NCBI GenBank assembly: GCA_944384235.1
Contig: CALWSP010000015.1
Location: 9,068-41,067, forward strand
DNA: 32,000 nucleotides
Reading direction: 5' to 3'
Origin: an uncultured Clostridia bacterium
Lineage (GTDB): Bacteria > Bacillota > Clostridia > Lachnospirales > CAG-274
Position 1 is the stretch's first letter, and each line of letters begins with the position of its first letter. This document shows, piece by piece, positions 1 through 8,997 of this stretch. The notes below the pieces were generated by a model that saw only the letters and a list, made by a program, of their open reading frames with translations, had not been told where the DNA came from and did no database searches. A program made the translations under genes and the position numbers.

Positions 1-2
1 TT

Positions 3-1529
3 ATTTTAGGTGGAATATATTATTATATTGCACTTCCTGCTATTAACATTCATTCTCCAGGGTTATGGGGATTTATAATTTCTATTGTTTTAATTTTAGA
101 AGTTATAGTTTTATATTATTTTAAAAGAAAAAGTTTAGTTAGAAAAATTTATAGTATATTTTGTGGTTTAGTTTTAGTTTTTTATGGAGTTGGCTGGGTT
201 TTATCCTCTCCAATTGTAAACGCCAGAAAATATTGTGAGCTTATTAACATTGAAGAAAGAAATTTTGTTGACGACATTAAAGAAGTTAGTTACAACGAAA
301 TACCTAGCCTTGACAAAGATTCAGCTGAAAAACTTGGACTTAGAAAAATGGGTACTATGGGTGATTTGGTTTCTCAATTTGAAGTTAACAATATGTATTC
401 TCAAATTAATTACCAAAATAAGCCTGTTAGAGTTACTCCGCTTAATTATGGAAATTTATTTAAATGGCTTAGCAACAGAAAAAATGGTATTCCAGCATAT
501 TTAAAAATAGATATGACAACACAAGATGTTGAATGTGTTAAGTTAGAAGATGGAATTAAGTATTCTACAAGCGAGCCATTTAACAGAAACATTTACAGAT
601 ATTTAAGATTTAGATACCCAACTTATATTTTTGACAATTTATCTTTTGAAATTGATGACAATGGTGTTCCAGTTTGGATTTGTCCTGTTAAAGACTATAC
701 AATAGGTCTTTATGGCGGAGTTAAAATTGATAAAGTTATTATTGTTAATGCAATTAATGGCGAGCATAAAACATATAATATAGACGAAGTTCCTAACTGG
801 GTTGACAGAGTTTATTCAGCAGAGCTTTTAATTAGCTATTATGATTATTATGGAACTTTAAGAGGTGGTTTTTTAAACAGCATTTTAGGGCAAAAAGGCT
901 GTTTGGAAACTACTGATGGATACAATTACATTGCTTTAGAGGACGATGTTTGGGTTTACACTGGAATTACTTCTGTTGCTGGAGATGAGTCAAATGTTGG
1001 TTTTGTTCTTATGAACCAAAGAACTGCTGAAACAAGGTATTATGCAATTTCTGGCGCTGAGGAGTATTCAGCTATGGCATCTGCTGAGGGGCAAGTTCAA
1101 CACTTAGGTTACAGAGCAACTTTCCCTTTACTTTTAAACATTTCTAACCAGCCTACTTATTTTATGGCTTTAAAAGACAGTGCTGGTTTAGTTAAAAATT
1201 ATGCTATGGTGAACATTTCTAAGTATCAAATTGTTGCTGTGGGTAGCTCTATTCAAGAGTGTGAGGAAAATTATATTAGATTAATAAACAGCAACGGAAT
1301 GGAAGTTAGCAAGGAAAGCACAAAGGAAATTAGCGGTGTTATTGAAAAAATATCTGAAGTTATTGTTGAGGGAAACAGCCACTATTTTATTAAATTAGCT
1401 GGAGTTGAACAATTATTTGACGTTGATATTTTAGGGAACATTAAAATTTTATCTTATGGCGTTGGAAGCAACATTGTTTTTGAATATAACGAAGGCAGTA
1501 GCTACAATGTTGTAAAAAAAATTAAATAA
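3..1529 (+). CDS. Membrane-anchored protein of unknown family, 5'-truncated by the window edge
   Basis: Frame 3 is open from position 3 (ILGGIYYIIALPAINIHSPGLWGFIISIVLILEVIVLYYFKRK...) straight into the track ORF that starts at 348, so 348 is an internal Met. The N-terminal part has at least 2 hydrophobic TM-like segments, followed by a long soluble domain. Confidence 0.75.
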   Translation: MLGGIYYYIALPAINIHSPGLWGFIISIVLILEVIVLYYFKRKSLVRKIYSIFCGLVLVFYGVGWVLSSPIVNARKYCELINIEERNFVDDIKEVSYNEIPSLDKDSAEKLGLRKMGTMGDLVSQFEVNNMYSQINYQNKPVRVTPLNYGNLFKWLSNRKNGIPAYLKIDMTTQDVECVKLEDGIKYSTSEPFNRNIYRYLRFRYPTYIFDNLSFEIDDNGVPVWICPVKDYTIGLYGGVKIDKVIIVNAINGEHKTYNIDEVPNWVDRVYSAELLISYYDYYGTLRGGFLNSILGQKGCLETTDGYNYIALEDDVWVYTGITSVAGDESNVGFVLMNQRTAETRYYAISGAEEYSAMASAEGQVQHLGYRATFPLLLNISNQPTYFMALKDSAGLVKNYAMVNISKYQIVAVGSSIQECEENYIRLINSNGMEVSKESTKEISGVIEKISEVIVEGNSHYFIKLAGVEQLFDVDILGNIKILSYGVGSNIVFEYNEGSSYNVVKKIK

Positions 1530-1613
1530 TTTAAGAAAAAATTAAAAAAGTGTAGATTTTATTGAAAAATAGTGTTATAATAATGAAATTAAAAACAATT
1601 AGGGGGTTAAAAA

Positions 1614-1988
1614 ATGTTAGAAACTATTAGCACAACAAAAGCTCCTGCAGCTATTGGGCCATATTCTCAAGCAGTTGCTTTTGGCAACATTATATTTACT
1701 TCTGGTCAAATTGCTATTAATCCAGAAAATGGTGAAATTGAAGCTAAGACTATTGAAGAACAAACTGAGCAAGTTATGAAAAACCTTAAAGCTATTTTAG
1801 AAGCTACTGGAACAGATATGTCTAAAACTATTAAGACAACTTGTTTTTTAGCTGATATGAATGATTTTGCAGCATTTAACGAAGTTTATGCTAAGTATTT
1901 TACTACTAAGCCTGCTCGTTCTTGTGTTGCAGTTAAAACTTTGCCAAAAAATGTTCTTTGCGAAGTTGAAGTTATTGCTGAAAGATAA
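1614..1988 (+). CDS. ridA: RidA/YjgF/TdcF family reactive intermediate (enamine/imine) deaminase
   Basis: Full-length 124 aa. Characteristic family sequence: TTKAPAAIGPYSQAV...GNIIFTSGQIAINPENGEI...RSCVAVKTLPKNVLCEVEVIA. Confidence 0.95.
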   Translation: MLETISTTKAPAAIGPYSQAVAFGNIIFTSGQIAINPENGEIEAKTIEEQTEQVMKNLKAILEATGTDMSKTIKTTCFLADMNDFAAFNEVYAKYFTTKPARSCVAVKTLPKNVLCEVEVIAER

Positions 1989-2000
1989 GGAGTTGTAGGT

Positions 2001-3197
2001 ATGTTAACATTAGATAAAGTTTATCACGCTGCGTATACTCTTAAAAATGTTATTAGAGATACTGCAGTTATTCAAGCACCAAATATAAATAAAGAGGCAG
2101 ATGTTTATTTAAAAACAGAAAATTTACAAATTACTGGTTCTTTTAAGGTTAGAGGTGCTTATTATAAAATTTCTCAGCTTAGTCAAGAGGAAAAAGAGAA
2201 AGGTGTTATAGCTTGTTCTGCTGGAAACCACGCTCAAGGTGTGGCTTTAGCGGCAACTAAAAACGGAATTAAATCTCTTATTTGTCTTCCTGACGGTGCA
2301 CCAATTTCTAAAGTTGAGGCTACTAAAAAATATGGTGCAGATGTTTGCCTTGTTAAAGGCGTTTACGACGATGCTTATGCTAAGGCAATGGAGTTAAAAG
2401 ACGAAATGGGTTACACTTTTGTTCACCCTTTTGATGATATTGATGTTATTGCTGGGCAAGGAACTATTGGACTTGAAATTTTAGACAAATTACCAGATTT
2501 AGACGCTGTTATTGTGCCTATTGGTGGTGGCGGGCTTATATCTGGCATCGCCTTTGCTATTAAGTCTTTAAGACCTGAGTGTAAGGTTTATGGTGTTCAG
2601 GCTGAGGGTGCTCCATCTATGTATAACTCTATTAAAAAAGACGAAATTTGTCACTTGCCAAGTGTTAAGACTATTGCTGATGGTATTGCTGTTAAAACTC
2701 CTGGAGAAAACACATTTGACATTTGTTCTAAATATGTAGATGAGATTGTTACTGTTACAGACGATGAGGTTGCTTCTGCAATTTTAGCTCTTATGGAACA
2801 ACAAAAGCTTGTTTCCGAGGGTGCTGGTGCTGTGGCTGTTGCAGCTGCTATGTTTAACAAAGTTGATGTTAAAGGTAAGAAAGTTTGTTGCATTATTTCT
2901 GGTGGTAACATTGATGTTACTATATTATCTAGAGTTATTTCTAGAGGTCTTTTAAGCTCTGGCAGGTCTTTATCTATTAAAATTGAGTTAACTGACAAGC
3001 CAGGCCAGTTAGAGGCTGTTTCAAGAATTGTTGCTGGTTTAGGCGGAAACATTGTTTCTATTTACCACGATAGATACGACCTTAACATAGACATTGTATC
3101 TTGTATTTTAGATTTAAGAATTGAAACTAGGGACCACGAGCATATTAAAGCTATTGTAGAGGCTTTAAAGCAAGAGGGTTTTAAAATAGTTGAGTAA
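2001..3197 (+). CDS. ilvA: Threonine ammonia-lyase (threonine dehydratase), PLP-dependent, with C-terminal ACT-like domain
   Basis: PLP-lysine motif TGSFKVRGAYYKI, Ser/Gly loop SAGNHAQGVA, GGGGLISG, and C-terminal ACT-like IKIELTDKPGQLEAVSRIVAGLGGNIVSIYHDR. Confidence 0.95.
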   Translation: MLTLDKVYHAAYTLKNVIRDTAVIQAPNINKEADVYLKTENLQITGSFKVRGAYYKISQLSQEEKEKGVIACSAGNHAQGVALAATKNGIKSLICLPDGAPISKVEATKKYGADVCLVKGVYDDAYAKAMELKDEMGYTFVHPFDDIDVIAGQGTIGLEILDKLPDLDAVIVPIGGGGLISGIAFAIKSLRPECKVYGVQAEGAPSMYNSIKKDEICHLPSVKTIADGIAVKTPGENTFDICSKYVDEIVTVTDDEVASAILALMEQQKLVSEGAGAVAVAAAMFNKVDVKGKKVCCIISGGNIDVTILSRVISRGLLSSGRSLSIKIELTDKPGQLEAVSRIVAGLGGNIVSIYHDRYDLNIDIVSCILDLRIETRDHEHIKAIVEALKQEGFKIVE

Positions 3198-3207
3198 TAC
3201 ATAACAA

Positions 3208-3236
3208 AAAAAAGAGCCATAGGCTCTTTTTTTATG
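3208..3236 (+). terminator. Rho-independent terminator after ilvA
   Basis: AAAAAGAGCC-ATA-GGCTCTTTTTTT: perfect stem and T-tract just 3' of the ilvA stop. Confidence 0.85.
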
Positions 3237-3298
3237 GAGATTTTAAATTTTTTATGGTATAATATGATTTATAAAATATTTTTTAGAGGAATTAAATT

Positions 3299-4027
3299 AT
3301 GAATTATAAAATGGTTATTGAATATGAGGGAACTCATTACAAAGGCTGGCAAAGGCAAATTTCAACAGAGAACACCATTCAAGGTGTTATTGAAAAGGCA
3401 ATTGAGCTTGCAGTGGGAGAGAAAGTTGAAATTAATGGTTCAGGAAGAACTGACGCAGGCACACACGCTTTAGGGCAGGTAGCTAGTTTTAGATTAGAAA
3501 ATGAGTATGAAAATTTGATGGACAAAATTAATGAAAAATTGCCTGCTGACATTAGAATAGTTAGTTTAAACAAGGCAAGCGACAGATTTCACGCTAGGTT
3601 AAACGCCATTGGAAAGACGTATTGTTATAAAATTGACACAGGCAAGAAAATGAATGTTTTTACAAGAAGAACTATTAATCATTTTGAATTTGAGCTTGAT
3701 TTTGACAAAATGGTTGAGGCTAGTAAAATTTTAATTGGAACACACGATTTTAAATCTTTTTGTGCTAACAAAAAAATGAAAAAAAGCACTATAAGAACTA
3801 TTAATAGCATTGAAATTGAAAAGTTTGGAACTGAAATTCATTTTACATACAGAGGTAGTGGCTTTTTATACAATATGGTTAGAATTTTGACAGGAACTTT
3901 AATTGAAGTTGGGCTTGGAAAAATAGAAGTTAGCCAGATTACGGAAATTATTGAGGCTAAAGACAGGGCAAAAGCTGGAATAACTATGCCTGCTAGAGGT
4001 TTAACCCTTGTTAGTGTTGAGTATTAG
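3299..4027 (+). CDS. truA: tRNA pseudouridine(38-40) synthase
   Basis: EYEGTHYKGWQRQ, catalytic GSGRTDAGTHALGQVASF, RGSGFLYNMVRILTGTLIEVG. Confidence 0.97.
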   Translation: MNYKMVIEYEGTHYKGWQRQISTENTIQGVIEKAIELAVGEKVEINGSGRTDAGTHALGQVASFRLENEYENLMDKINEKLPADIRIVSLNKASDRFHARLNAIGKTYCYKIDTGKKMNVFTRRTINHFEFELDFDKMVEASKILIGTHDFKSFCANKKMKKSTIRTINSIEIEKFGTEIHFTYRGSGFLYNMVRILTGTLIEVGLGKIEVSQITEIIEAKDRAKAGITMPARGLTLVSVEY

Positions 4028-4039
4028 TTAATAAATATG

Positions 4040-4068
4040 TTGAAAAAAAGTATGAAATGTGTTATGCT
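4040..4068 (+). promoter_or_regulatory. Candidate sigma-A promoter for wecB
   Basis: TTGAAA (4040-4045), 17-nt spacer, TATGCT (4063-4068). Confidence 0.5.
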
Positions 4069-4101
4069 CTTTGTAAAGATATAAATTTGAGGTGACTTAA
4101 A

Positions 4102-5247
4102 ATGGATAAAATTAAGGTTATGAGTATTTTTGGTACTAGACCAGAGGCAACAAAAATGGCTCCACTTATTAAGGCAATGGAAAAGTGTGAGCATATTGAA
4201 CAGATTGTTTGCGTAACTGCTCAGCACAGACAGATGCTTGACCAAGTTCTTGAAATATTTGAATTAAAGCCAGATTATGACTTAGACATTATGACTGAAA
4301 GACAGAGTTTGACAGGAATAACAACTAAGGCGTTAAATGGTTTAGACGAAGTTATGAAAGAGGCTAAGCCTGATTTAGTTTTAGTTCACGGCGACACTAC
4401 TACAACTTTTGCTGGTGCTATTGCTACTTTTTACAATGGAATTAAGTTAGGTCACGTTGAGGCTGGACTTAGAACTTACGACAAAACTCAGCCTTTCCCT
4501 GAGGAAATGAACAGAGTTTTAACTGGGCATATGGCTGACTTACATTTTGCTCCAACTCCTTTAGCTAAGGAACATTTATTAAAAGAAAATATTTCTGACG
4601 AGGGCATTTTTATAACAGGAAACACAGCTGTGGACTGTTTAAAGCACACTATTAGAGAAGATTTTAAATTTGATTTAGATGAGCTTAACAAAATTGATTT
4701 TAAGAACAAGAGAGTTATTACTATGACTGCTCATAGAAGGGAAAACTTGGGAGAGCCTCTTGAAAACATTTGCAAGGCTGTTTTAAGGCTTGTAAACGAA
4801 TATGAAGATGTTGAAGTTGTTTACGCTGTTCATTTTAACCCTGCTGTTAGAGAGGTTGCAAACAAGTATTTAAAAGGGCACAGCAGAGTTCATCTTGTTG
4901 ACCCTCTTGACATTGTTAATATGCACAACCTAATGAATTTAAGTTATTTAGTTATGACTGACAGCGGTGGGTTACAAGAGGAAGTTCCGTCTATGGGAAA
5001 ACCTGTTTTAGTTCTTAGAAACGTTACAGAAAGGCCAGAAGGCGTTGAGGCTGGAACTTTAAGACTTGCTGGTGTAGAGGAAGATGAAATTTATAATCAG
5101 GCTAAAGAGCTACTTGATTGCAAGGAAAGTTATGATAAGATGGTTGCAGCTAAAAATCCTTTTGGTGATGGATATGCTTCTGAAAGAATTGTTGAGGCTA
5201 TTTGCTATCATTTTGGCTTTAGAAAAGACAGACCAACGGATTATTAA
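4102..5247 (+). CDS. wecB: UDP-N-acetylglucosamine 2-epimerase (non-hydrolysing)
   Basis: IFGTRPEATKMAPLIKAM, VCVTAQHRQMLDQVL, HGDTTTTFAGAIATFYNGIKLGHVEAGLRT, TMTAHRRENLG, DSGGLQEEVPSMGKPVLVLRNVTERPEGVEAGT. Confidence 0.95.
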   Translation: MDKIKVMSIFGTRPEATKMAPLIKAMEKCEHIEQIVCVTAQHRQMLDQVLEIFELKPDYDLDIMTERQSLTGITTKALNGLDEVMKEAKPDLVLVHGDTTTTFAGAIATFYNGIKLGHVEAGLRTYDKTQPFPEEMNRVLTGHMADLHFAPTPLAKEHLLKENISDEGIFITGNTAVDCLKHTIREDFKFDLDELNKIDFKNKRVITMTAHRRENLGEPLENICKAVLRLVNEYEDVEVVYAVHFNPAVREVANKYLKGHSRVHLVDPLDIVNMHNLMNLSYLVMTDSGGLQEEVPSMGKPVLVLRNVTERPEGVEAGTLRLAGVEEDEIYNQAKELLDCKESYDKMVAAKNPFGDGYASERIVEAICYHFGFRKDRPTDY

Positions 5248-5255
5248 AATTATAA

Positions 5256-5286
5256 AACTTGTCAGCTTTTGTTGGCAAGTTTTTTT
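5256..5286 (+). terminator. Rho-independent terminator after wecB
   Basis: AACTTGTCAGC-TTTT-GTTGGCAAGTT followed by T7; the stem includes two G-U wobbles. Confidence 0.7.
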
Positions 5287-5302
5287 ATTGAGGTGAAAAG
5301 AG

Positions 5303-6202
5303 ATGTATAGACTAGAAATGAGTATATGGACTTTTTTATTTTTGTTTTATATATATTGTTTTTTAGGCTGGTGTTTTGAAAGCATTTATGTGTCATACAA
5401 AGAAAAAAGATGGGTAAACAGAGGGTTTATGAAAGGGCCTTTTTTGCCTATTTATGGCACTGGGGCAGTGTGTATTTTGTTTTTTACAATTCCATTAATG
5501 AAAAGCTATTTTAGTGTTTATTTTATATCAGTAGTTGTTGCAACTTTATTAGAACTAGTTGTGGGCTTTTTAATGGAGAGAACATTTAAAGTTAAGTATT
5601 GGGATTATAGCAACAATTTTTGCAACTACAAGGGATATATTTGTTTAAAATCAAGTATTACTTGGGGAGTTATGGGGCTTTTGATAACATATGTTATTAA
5701 CGAGCCATTTGCAAAATTTATTAACTCTTTAAACACATATGTTATTATTATAATAGATTTATTAATTAGCATAGTTTTTGTTTTGGATTTAGTAAATTCT
5801 TTTAAGGCTGCTTACAATTTAAGTAAAATAATTAATTTAAATAACAAGTTAATGAATGAATTAAATGAAATTAAAATTGTTATTATGGCTTCTATTGATG
5901 AAAAGAAAGAGGAATTTGCTGAAAAGAGGGCAAATTTAGCTATTGAAATAAAAGAGGGAATTGAAAAAGCTTTATCCTACACTGAAATAGATGATATAAT
6001 TTTAGAGAAAATAGACGAATTAAGGCAATTTGACATTGATGAGCATTTAAAGCTTTGGCGAGATAAGGCAGAGGATTTAAAAGAGCGTATAGAAAACATT
6101 GACATTAAAAACATAAACTTATTAAAAAGAAACCCTAGTGCAAAGTCTAGGCTTGGGTTTGTTAAAGAAATTAAAGAAAGAACGAAAAGAAAGAAAAAAT
6201 AG
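5303..6202 (+). CDS. Multi-pass membrane protein, putative ABC transporter permease of the CmpB type (DUF1113-like)
   Basis: YCFLGWCFESIYVSYKEKRWVNRGFMKGPFLPIYGTGAV is characteristic of this family. RBS gaggtg upstream; an alternative start at the second Met (5318) is possible. Confidence 0.8.
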   Translation: MYRLEMSIWTFLFLFYIYCFLGWCFESIYVSYKEKRWVNRGFMKGPFLPIYGTGAVCILFFTIPLMKSYFSVYFISVVVATLLELVVGFLMERTFKVKYWDYSNNFCNYKGYICLKSSITWGVMGLLITYVINEPFAKFINSLNTYVIIIIDLLISIVFVLDLVNSFKAAYNLSKIINLNNKLMNELNEIKIVIMASIDEKKEEFAEKRANLAIEIKEGIEKALSYTEIDDIILEKIDELRQFDIDEHLKLWRDKAEDLKERIENIDIKNINLLKRNPSAKSRLGFVKEIKERTKRKKK

Positions 6203-6226
6203 GACTTATGCTTTAAAGCTAAGTCC
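6201..6226. terminator. Bidirectional intrinsic terminator at the convergent gene junction
   Basis: AGGACTTA-t-GC-TTTAAA-GC-TAAGTCCT hairpin between and overlapping the two convergent stop codons. A-rich on the left and T-rich on the right. Confidence 0.6.
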
Positions 6227-6556
6227 TATAAATTTTTCTATATATATTAAAATTACATCAGAGAACATATAGAATAGTGTTAAAAGAGCAATGAAAAAGC
6301 AAAAAACTCCTAATATATAAAGAATTTTATATATTTTTGGAACAGAGTTATAAAATTTAAGCGCTTTTAAATAGTTTTTATGAAATTTTGAGTTTAAATA
6401 CCATTGTCTAAACCTTTCAGAACCCTTATTAAAACAAAAATATGCCACAAACAAAAAAGGAACAGTTGGAATGACTGGCAAAAGTGTTCCTATTATTCCT
6501 AAAAGTAGGAAGAAAAAGCCTAGAACAACTAGCAATTTTTTTAGCATAAAAATCAA
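6206..6556 (-). CDS. YbaN/DUF454 family small inner-membrane protein
   Basis: LLVVLGFFFLLLGIIGTLLPVIPTVPFLFVAYFCFNKGSERFRQWYLNSKFHKNYL. The real start may be the fourth codon (MLKKL, 6547). Confidence 0.85.
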   Translation of the reverse strand: MIFMLKKLLVVLGFFFLLLGIIGTLLPVIPTVPFLFVAYFCFNKGSERFRQWYLNSKFHKNYLKALKFYNSVPKIYKILYILGVFCFFIALLTLFYMFSDVILIYIEKFIGLSFKA

Positions 6557-7383
6557 CCCTTTATTTCTTTATATACATCTCTTTTTCCTATACCTCTATC
6601 TTTTGCAACTTGTTTCATTGCAGTTTTTTCATCAAAGCCTTGCGATATATATTGATTAAAATGTTCAAGAATTGATGTTTCTTGAATTTTAGATATTTCT
6701 TCAGCTTTTAATTTTTCTACATTAGCTCCTTCAAGAACTAAAACAAATTCGCCTTTTGGCTCATTTTGTTCAAAGTGGGATATTATTTCAGAAATTTTTC
6801 CTTTGTTTACAGTTTCGTGTTTTTTTGTTAGCTCTCTTTCAACAGCTATTAACCTATCTCCAGCATATTCTAGAAGGTCTTTTAAAGTTGATAAAAGGTG
6901 GTGTGGGGCTTCATAAAAGACTGTTGTTCTTGTTTCTAGTTTTAGTTTTGAAAGAACTTCTTGTCTTTGTTTTTTATTTTTAGGTAAAAAGCCTTCAAAA
7001 ATATAGCTTCTTGTGCTTAGACCGCTTAAAACTAAGGCTGTTACTACTGCTGTTGGACCAGGGACAACTGTGACTTCTATATTATTTTCATAACAAAGTT
7101 TAACTAAGTCTTCGCCTGGATCTGATATGGCTGGCATACCAGCATCGCTAACTAGCGCTATATTTTTACCATCTTTTAGCATATTTATTAGTTGTTTACC
7201 TTTTGTGTCTTTATTATGCTCGTGATAGCTTGTTAGAGGAGTTTTTATATTAAAGTGATTTAAAAGCTTTACACTTTGTCTTGTATCTTCAGCTGCTATT
7301 AAATCTACTTCTTCTAAAACTCTAATGGCTCTAAGAGTCATATCCTCCATATTTCCTATTGGTGTACCACAAATGTATAACAT
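6553..7383 (-). CDS. rsmI: 16S rRNA (cytidine(1402)-2'-O)-methyltransferase
   Basis: LYICGTPIGNMEDMTLRAIRVLEEVDLIAAEDTRQS...SYHEHN...ALVSDAGMPAISDPGEDLV...PGPTAVVTALVLSGL. Confidence 0.96.
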   Translation of the reverse strand: MLYICGTPIGNMEDMTLRAIRVLEEVDLIAAEDTRQSVKLLNHFNIKTPLTSYHEHNKDTKGKQLINMLKDGKNIALVSDAGMPAISDPGEDLVKLCYENNIEVTVVPGPTAVVTALVLSGLSTRSYIFEGFLPKNKKQRQEVLSKLKLETRTTVFYEAPHHLLSTLKDLLEYAGDRLIAVERELTKKHETVNKGKISEIISHFEQNEPKGEFVLVLEGANVEKLKAEEISKIQETSILEHFNQYISQGFDEKTAMKQVAKDRGIGKRDVYKEIKG

Positions 7384-7398
7384 ATTTTCTCCTATTAT

Positions 7399-8127
7399 TT
7401 AGTTATGATAAATATTATTTATTTCTTTTGTATAATTACCATTTTCATCATATATAAAGAGGGTAGGAAGGGACTTTAAAGAGGGTTTACCTCCTTTTAC
7501 AAATTCTAAAAGCAAAAGTTCAGGAGCTTTTTTTTGGTTTGATTGAACAATTTGAATTGTTTTAGGTTCTATTTTATATTTTCTTGCTGAGTTAAAAATG
7601 TCAACTAGTCTTTCAACTCTATGAACCATATACATTCTTCCGCCATATTTAAGCATTTTATTTGATGCTAAAAACACATCATCTATATTGCAAGATATTT
7701 CGTGTCTTGAAATTGTTTTTGGTGTGTTTTCGTTTAAATAGCCTGTTCCTTTAACCATATAGGGTGGGTTACAAGTTATTACATCAAAAGAAGATGGTTT
7801 AAAAAAGTTTAAACACTCTTTTAAATCTCCATTTATTATATTTATTTTATGTTGTAAATTATTTAAAACAACAGAACGCATAGCCATATTTGCAATGTCT
7901 TTTTGTATTTCTATGGCTGAAAAATGTTTACCATTTGTTTTTGCCTCAAGAAGAATTGGGATTATTCCTGTGCCAGTGCAAAGGTCTAAAACATTTTCAT
8001 TTTTTTTAACCTTTGCAAAGCCACTTAAGAGAACAGCGTCAATTCCAAAGCAAAAGCCATCTATTTTTTGGATAATTTTATATCCGTTTCTATGAAGGTC
8101 ATCTATTCGTTCGTCTTTATTGCACAT
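7399..8127 (-). CDS. tRNA1(Val) (adenine(37)-N6)-methyltransferase-like (YabB/TrmN6) methyltransferase
   Basis: GYKIIQ...FCFGIDAVLLSGFAK, motif I NVLDLCTGTGIIPILL, NPPY motif FDVITCNPPYMVKGTG. Context next to ricT and rsmI as in Bacillus yabB. Confidence 0.9.
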   Translation of the reverse strand: MCNKDERIDDLHRNGYKIIQKIDGFCFGIDAVLLSGFAKVKKNENVLDLCTGTGIIPILLEAKTNGKHFSAIEIQKDIANMAMRSVVLNNLQHKINIINGDLKECLNFFKPSSFDVITCNPPYMVKGTGYLNENTPKTISRHEISCNIDDVFLASNKMLKYGGRMYMVHRVERLVDIFNSARKYKIEPKTIQIVQSNQKKAPELLLLEFVKGGKPSLKSLPTLFIYDENGNYTKEINNIYHN

Positions 8128-8996
8128 TAGTCTAAAATATCCTTTAAATCCTCGTTATTTATGTTTTCGTCTTTTTTATATCTTCTTTTTAAGATTTTGA
8201 CTTCATCAGAGGAGAAAAAGGCAATTCCTACATCGTTTTTTGGTGGTTTTCTAATGGCAACTTTTAAAGTTTGTTTAAGCACATTTACAGACAAAACTTC
8301 ACCTTGTCCATCTGGCGTTTCAACCAAGTCACCTTCTTTAGGCAGTTTTTTTAGAAGCTCTTCATATACATTTTGTTCATATTTTAGGCAACACATTAAC
8401 CTACCACAAACACCTGAAATTTTTGTTGGGTTTAAAGAAAGGCCCTGGTCTTTTGCCATTTTTATGCTAACTGGGTGAAAATCTCCCAAGAAAGTGGAGC
8501 AACAAAGAGTTCTACCACAAATTCCTATTCCATTTAGATATTTTGCTTCATCTCTTACACCTATTTGGCGAAGTTCTATTCTTGTTTTAAAAATTGCGGC
8601 TAAATCTTTTACTAAATCTCTAAAGTCTATTCTTCCATCTGCTGTGAAGTAAAATATTAATTTACTATTATCAAAGGTAAGTTCAGAAGAAATTAGACGC
8701 ATATCTAGTTTATGGGCTTTTATTTTTTCTTTACATATTTGAAAAGCTTCCTGACTTTTTTCTTTATTTTCTTTATTTTTTTCAATATCCTCACTATTTG
8801 CAACTCGTATTATTGGCTTTAGTGGTGGAACAATTGTGTCATCATTTACATCTCTATTTGGTATAACTACCATACCAAATTCTATTCCTCGTGAAGTTTC
8901 AACAATGACATTTTGACCATAGGAGTATTGATTATTTTCTGGGTCAAAGTAGTAAATTTTGCCTACTTTTTTAAACCTAACACCTACTACTATCAT
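8127..8996 (-). CDS. ricT: PSP1-domain protein YaaT/RicT (stage 0 sporulation / RNase Y-regulating family)
   Basis: RGIEFGMVV, Cys-rich GICGRTLCCSTFLGDFHPVSIKMAKDQGLSLNPTKISGVCGRLMCCLKYE. Confidence 0.94.
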   Translation of the reverse strand: MIVVGVRFKKVGKIYYFDPENNQYSYGQNVIVETSRGIEFGMVVIPNRDVNDDTIVPPLKPIIRVANSEDIEKNKENKEKSQEAFQICKEKIKAHKLDMRLISSELTFDNSKLIFYFTADGRIDFRDLVKDLAAIFKTRIELRQIGVRDEAKYLNGIGICGRTLCCSTFLGDFHPVSIKMAKDQGLSLNPTKISGVCGRLMCCLKYEQNVYEELLKKLPKEGDLVETPDGQGEVLSVNVLKQTLKVAIRKPPKNDVGIAFFSSDEVKILKRRYKKDENINNEDLKDILD

Positions 8997-8997
8997 T

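Noticed and set aside
235-504. 89-aa ORF overlapping the 5' part of the first gene
   Set aside because: Out of frame with the longer open frame 3-1529, low-complexity Leu/Lys-rich translation typical of AT-rich frame shadows, no RBS-supported context.
2651-3052. Antisense 133-aa ORF inside ilvA
   Set aside because: Entirely within a confidently identified gene on the opposite strand; a codon-bias artefact, with no recognisable domain.
6756-6983. Forward ORFs inside the minus-strand operon (6756, 7895, 8161)
   Set aside because: Mirror ORFs within rsmI, trmN6-like and ricT; no RBS and no family signature.
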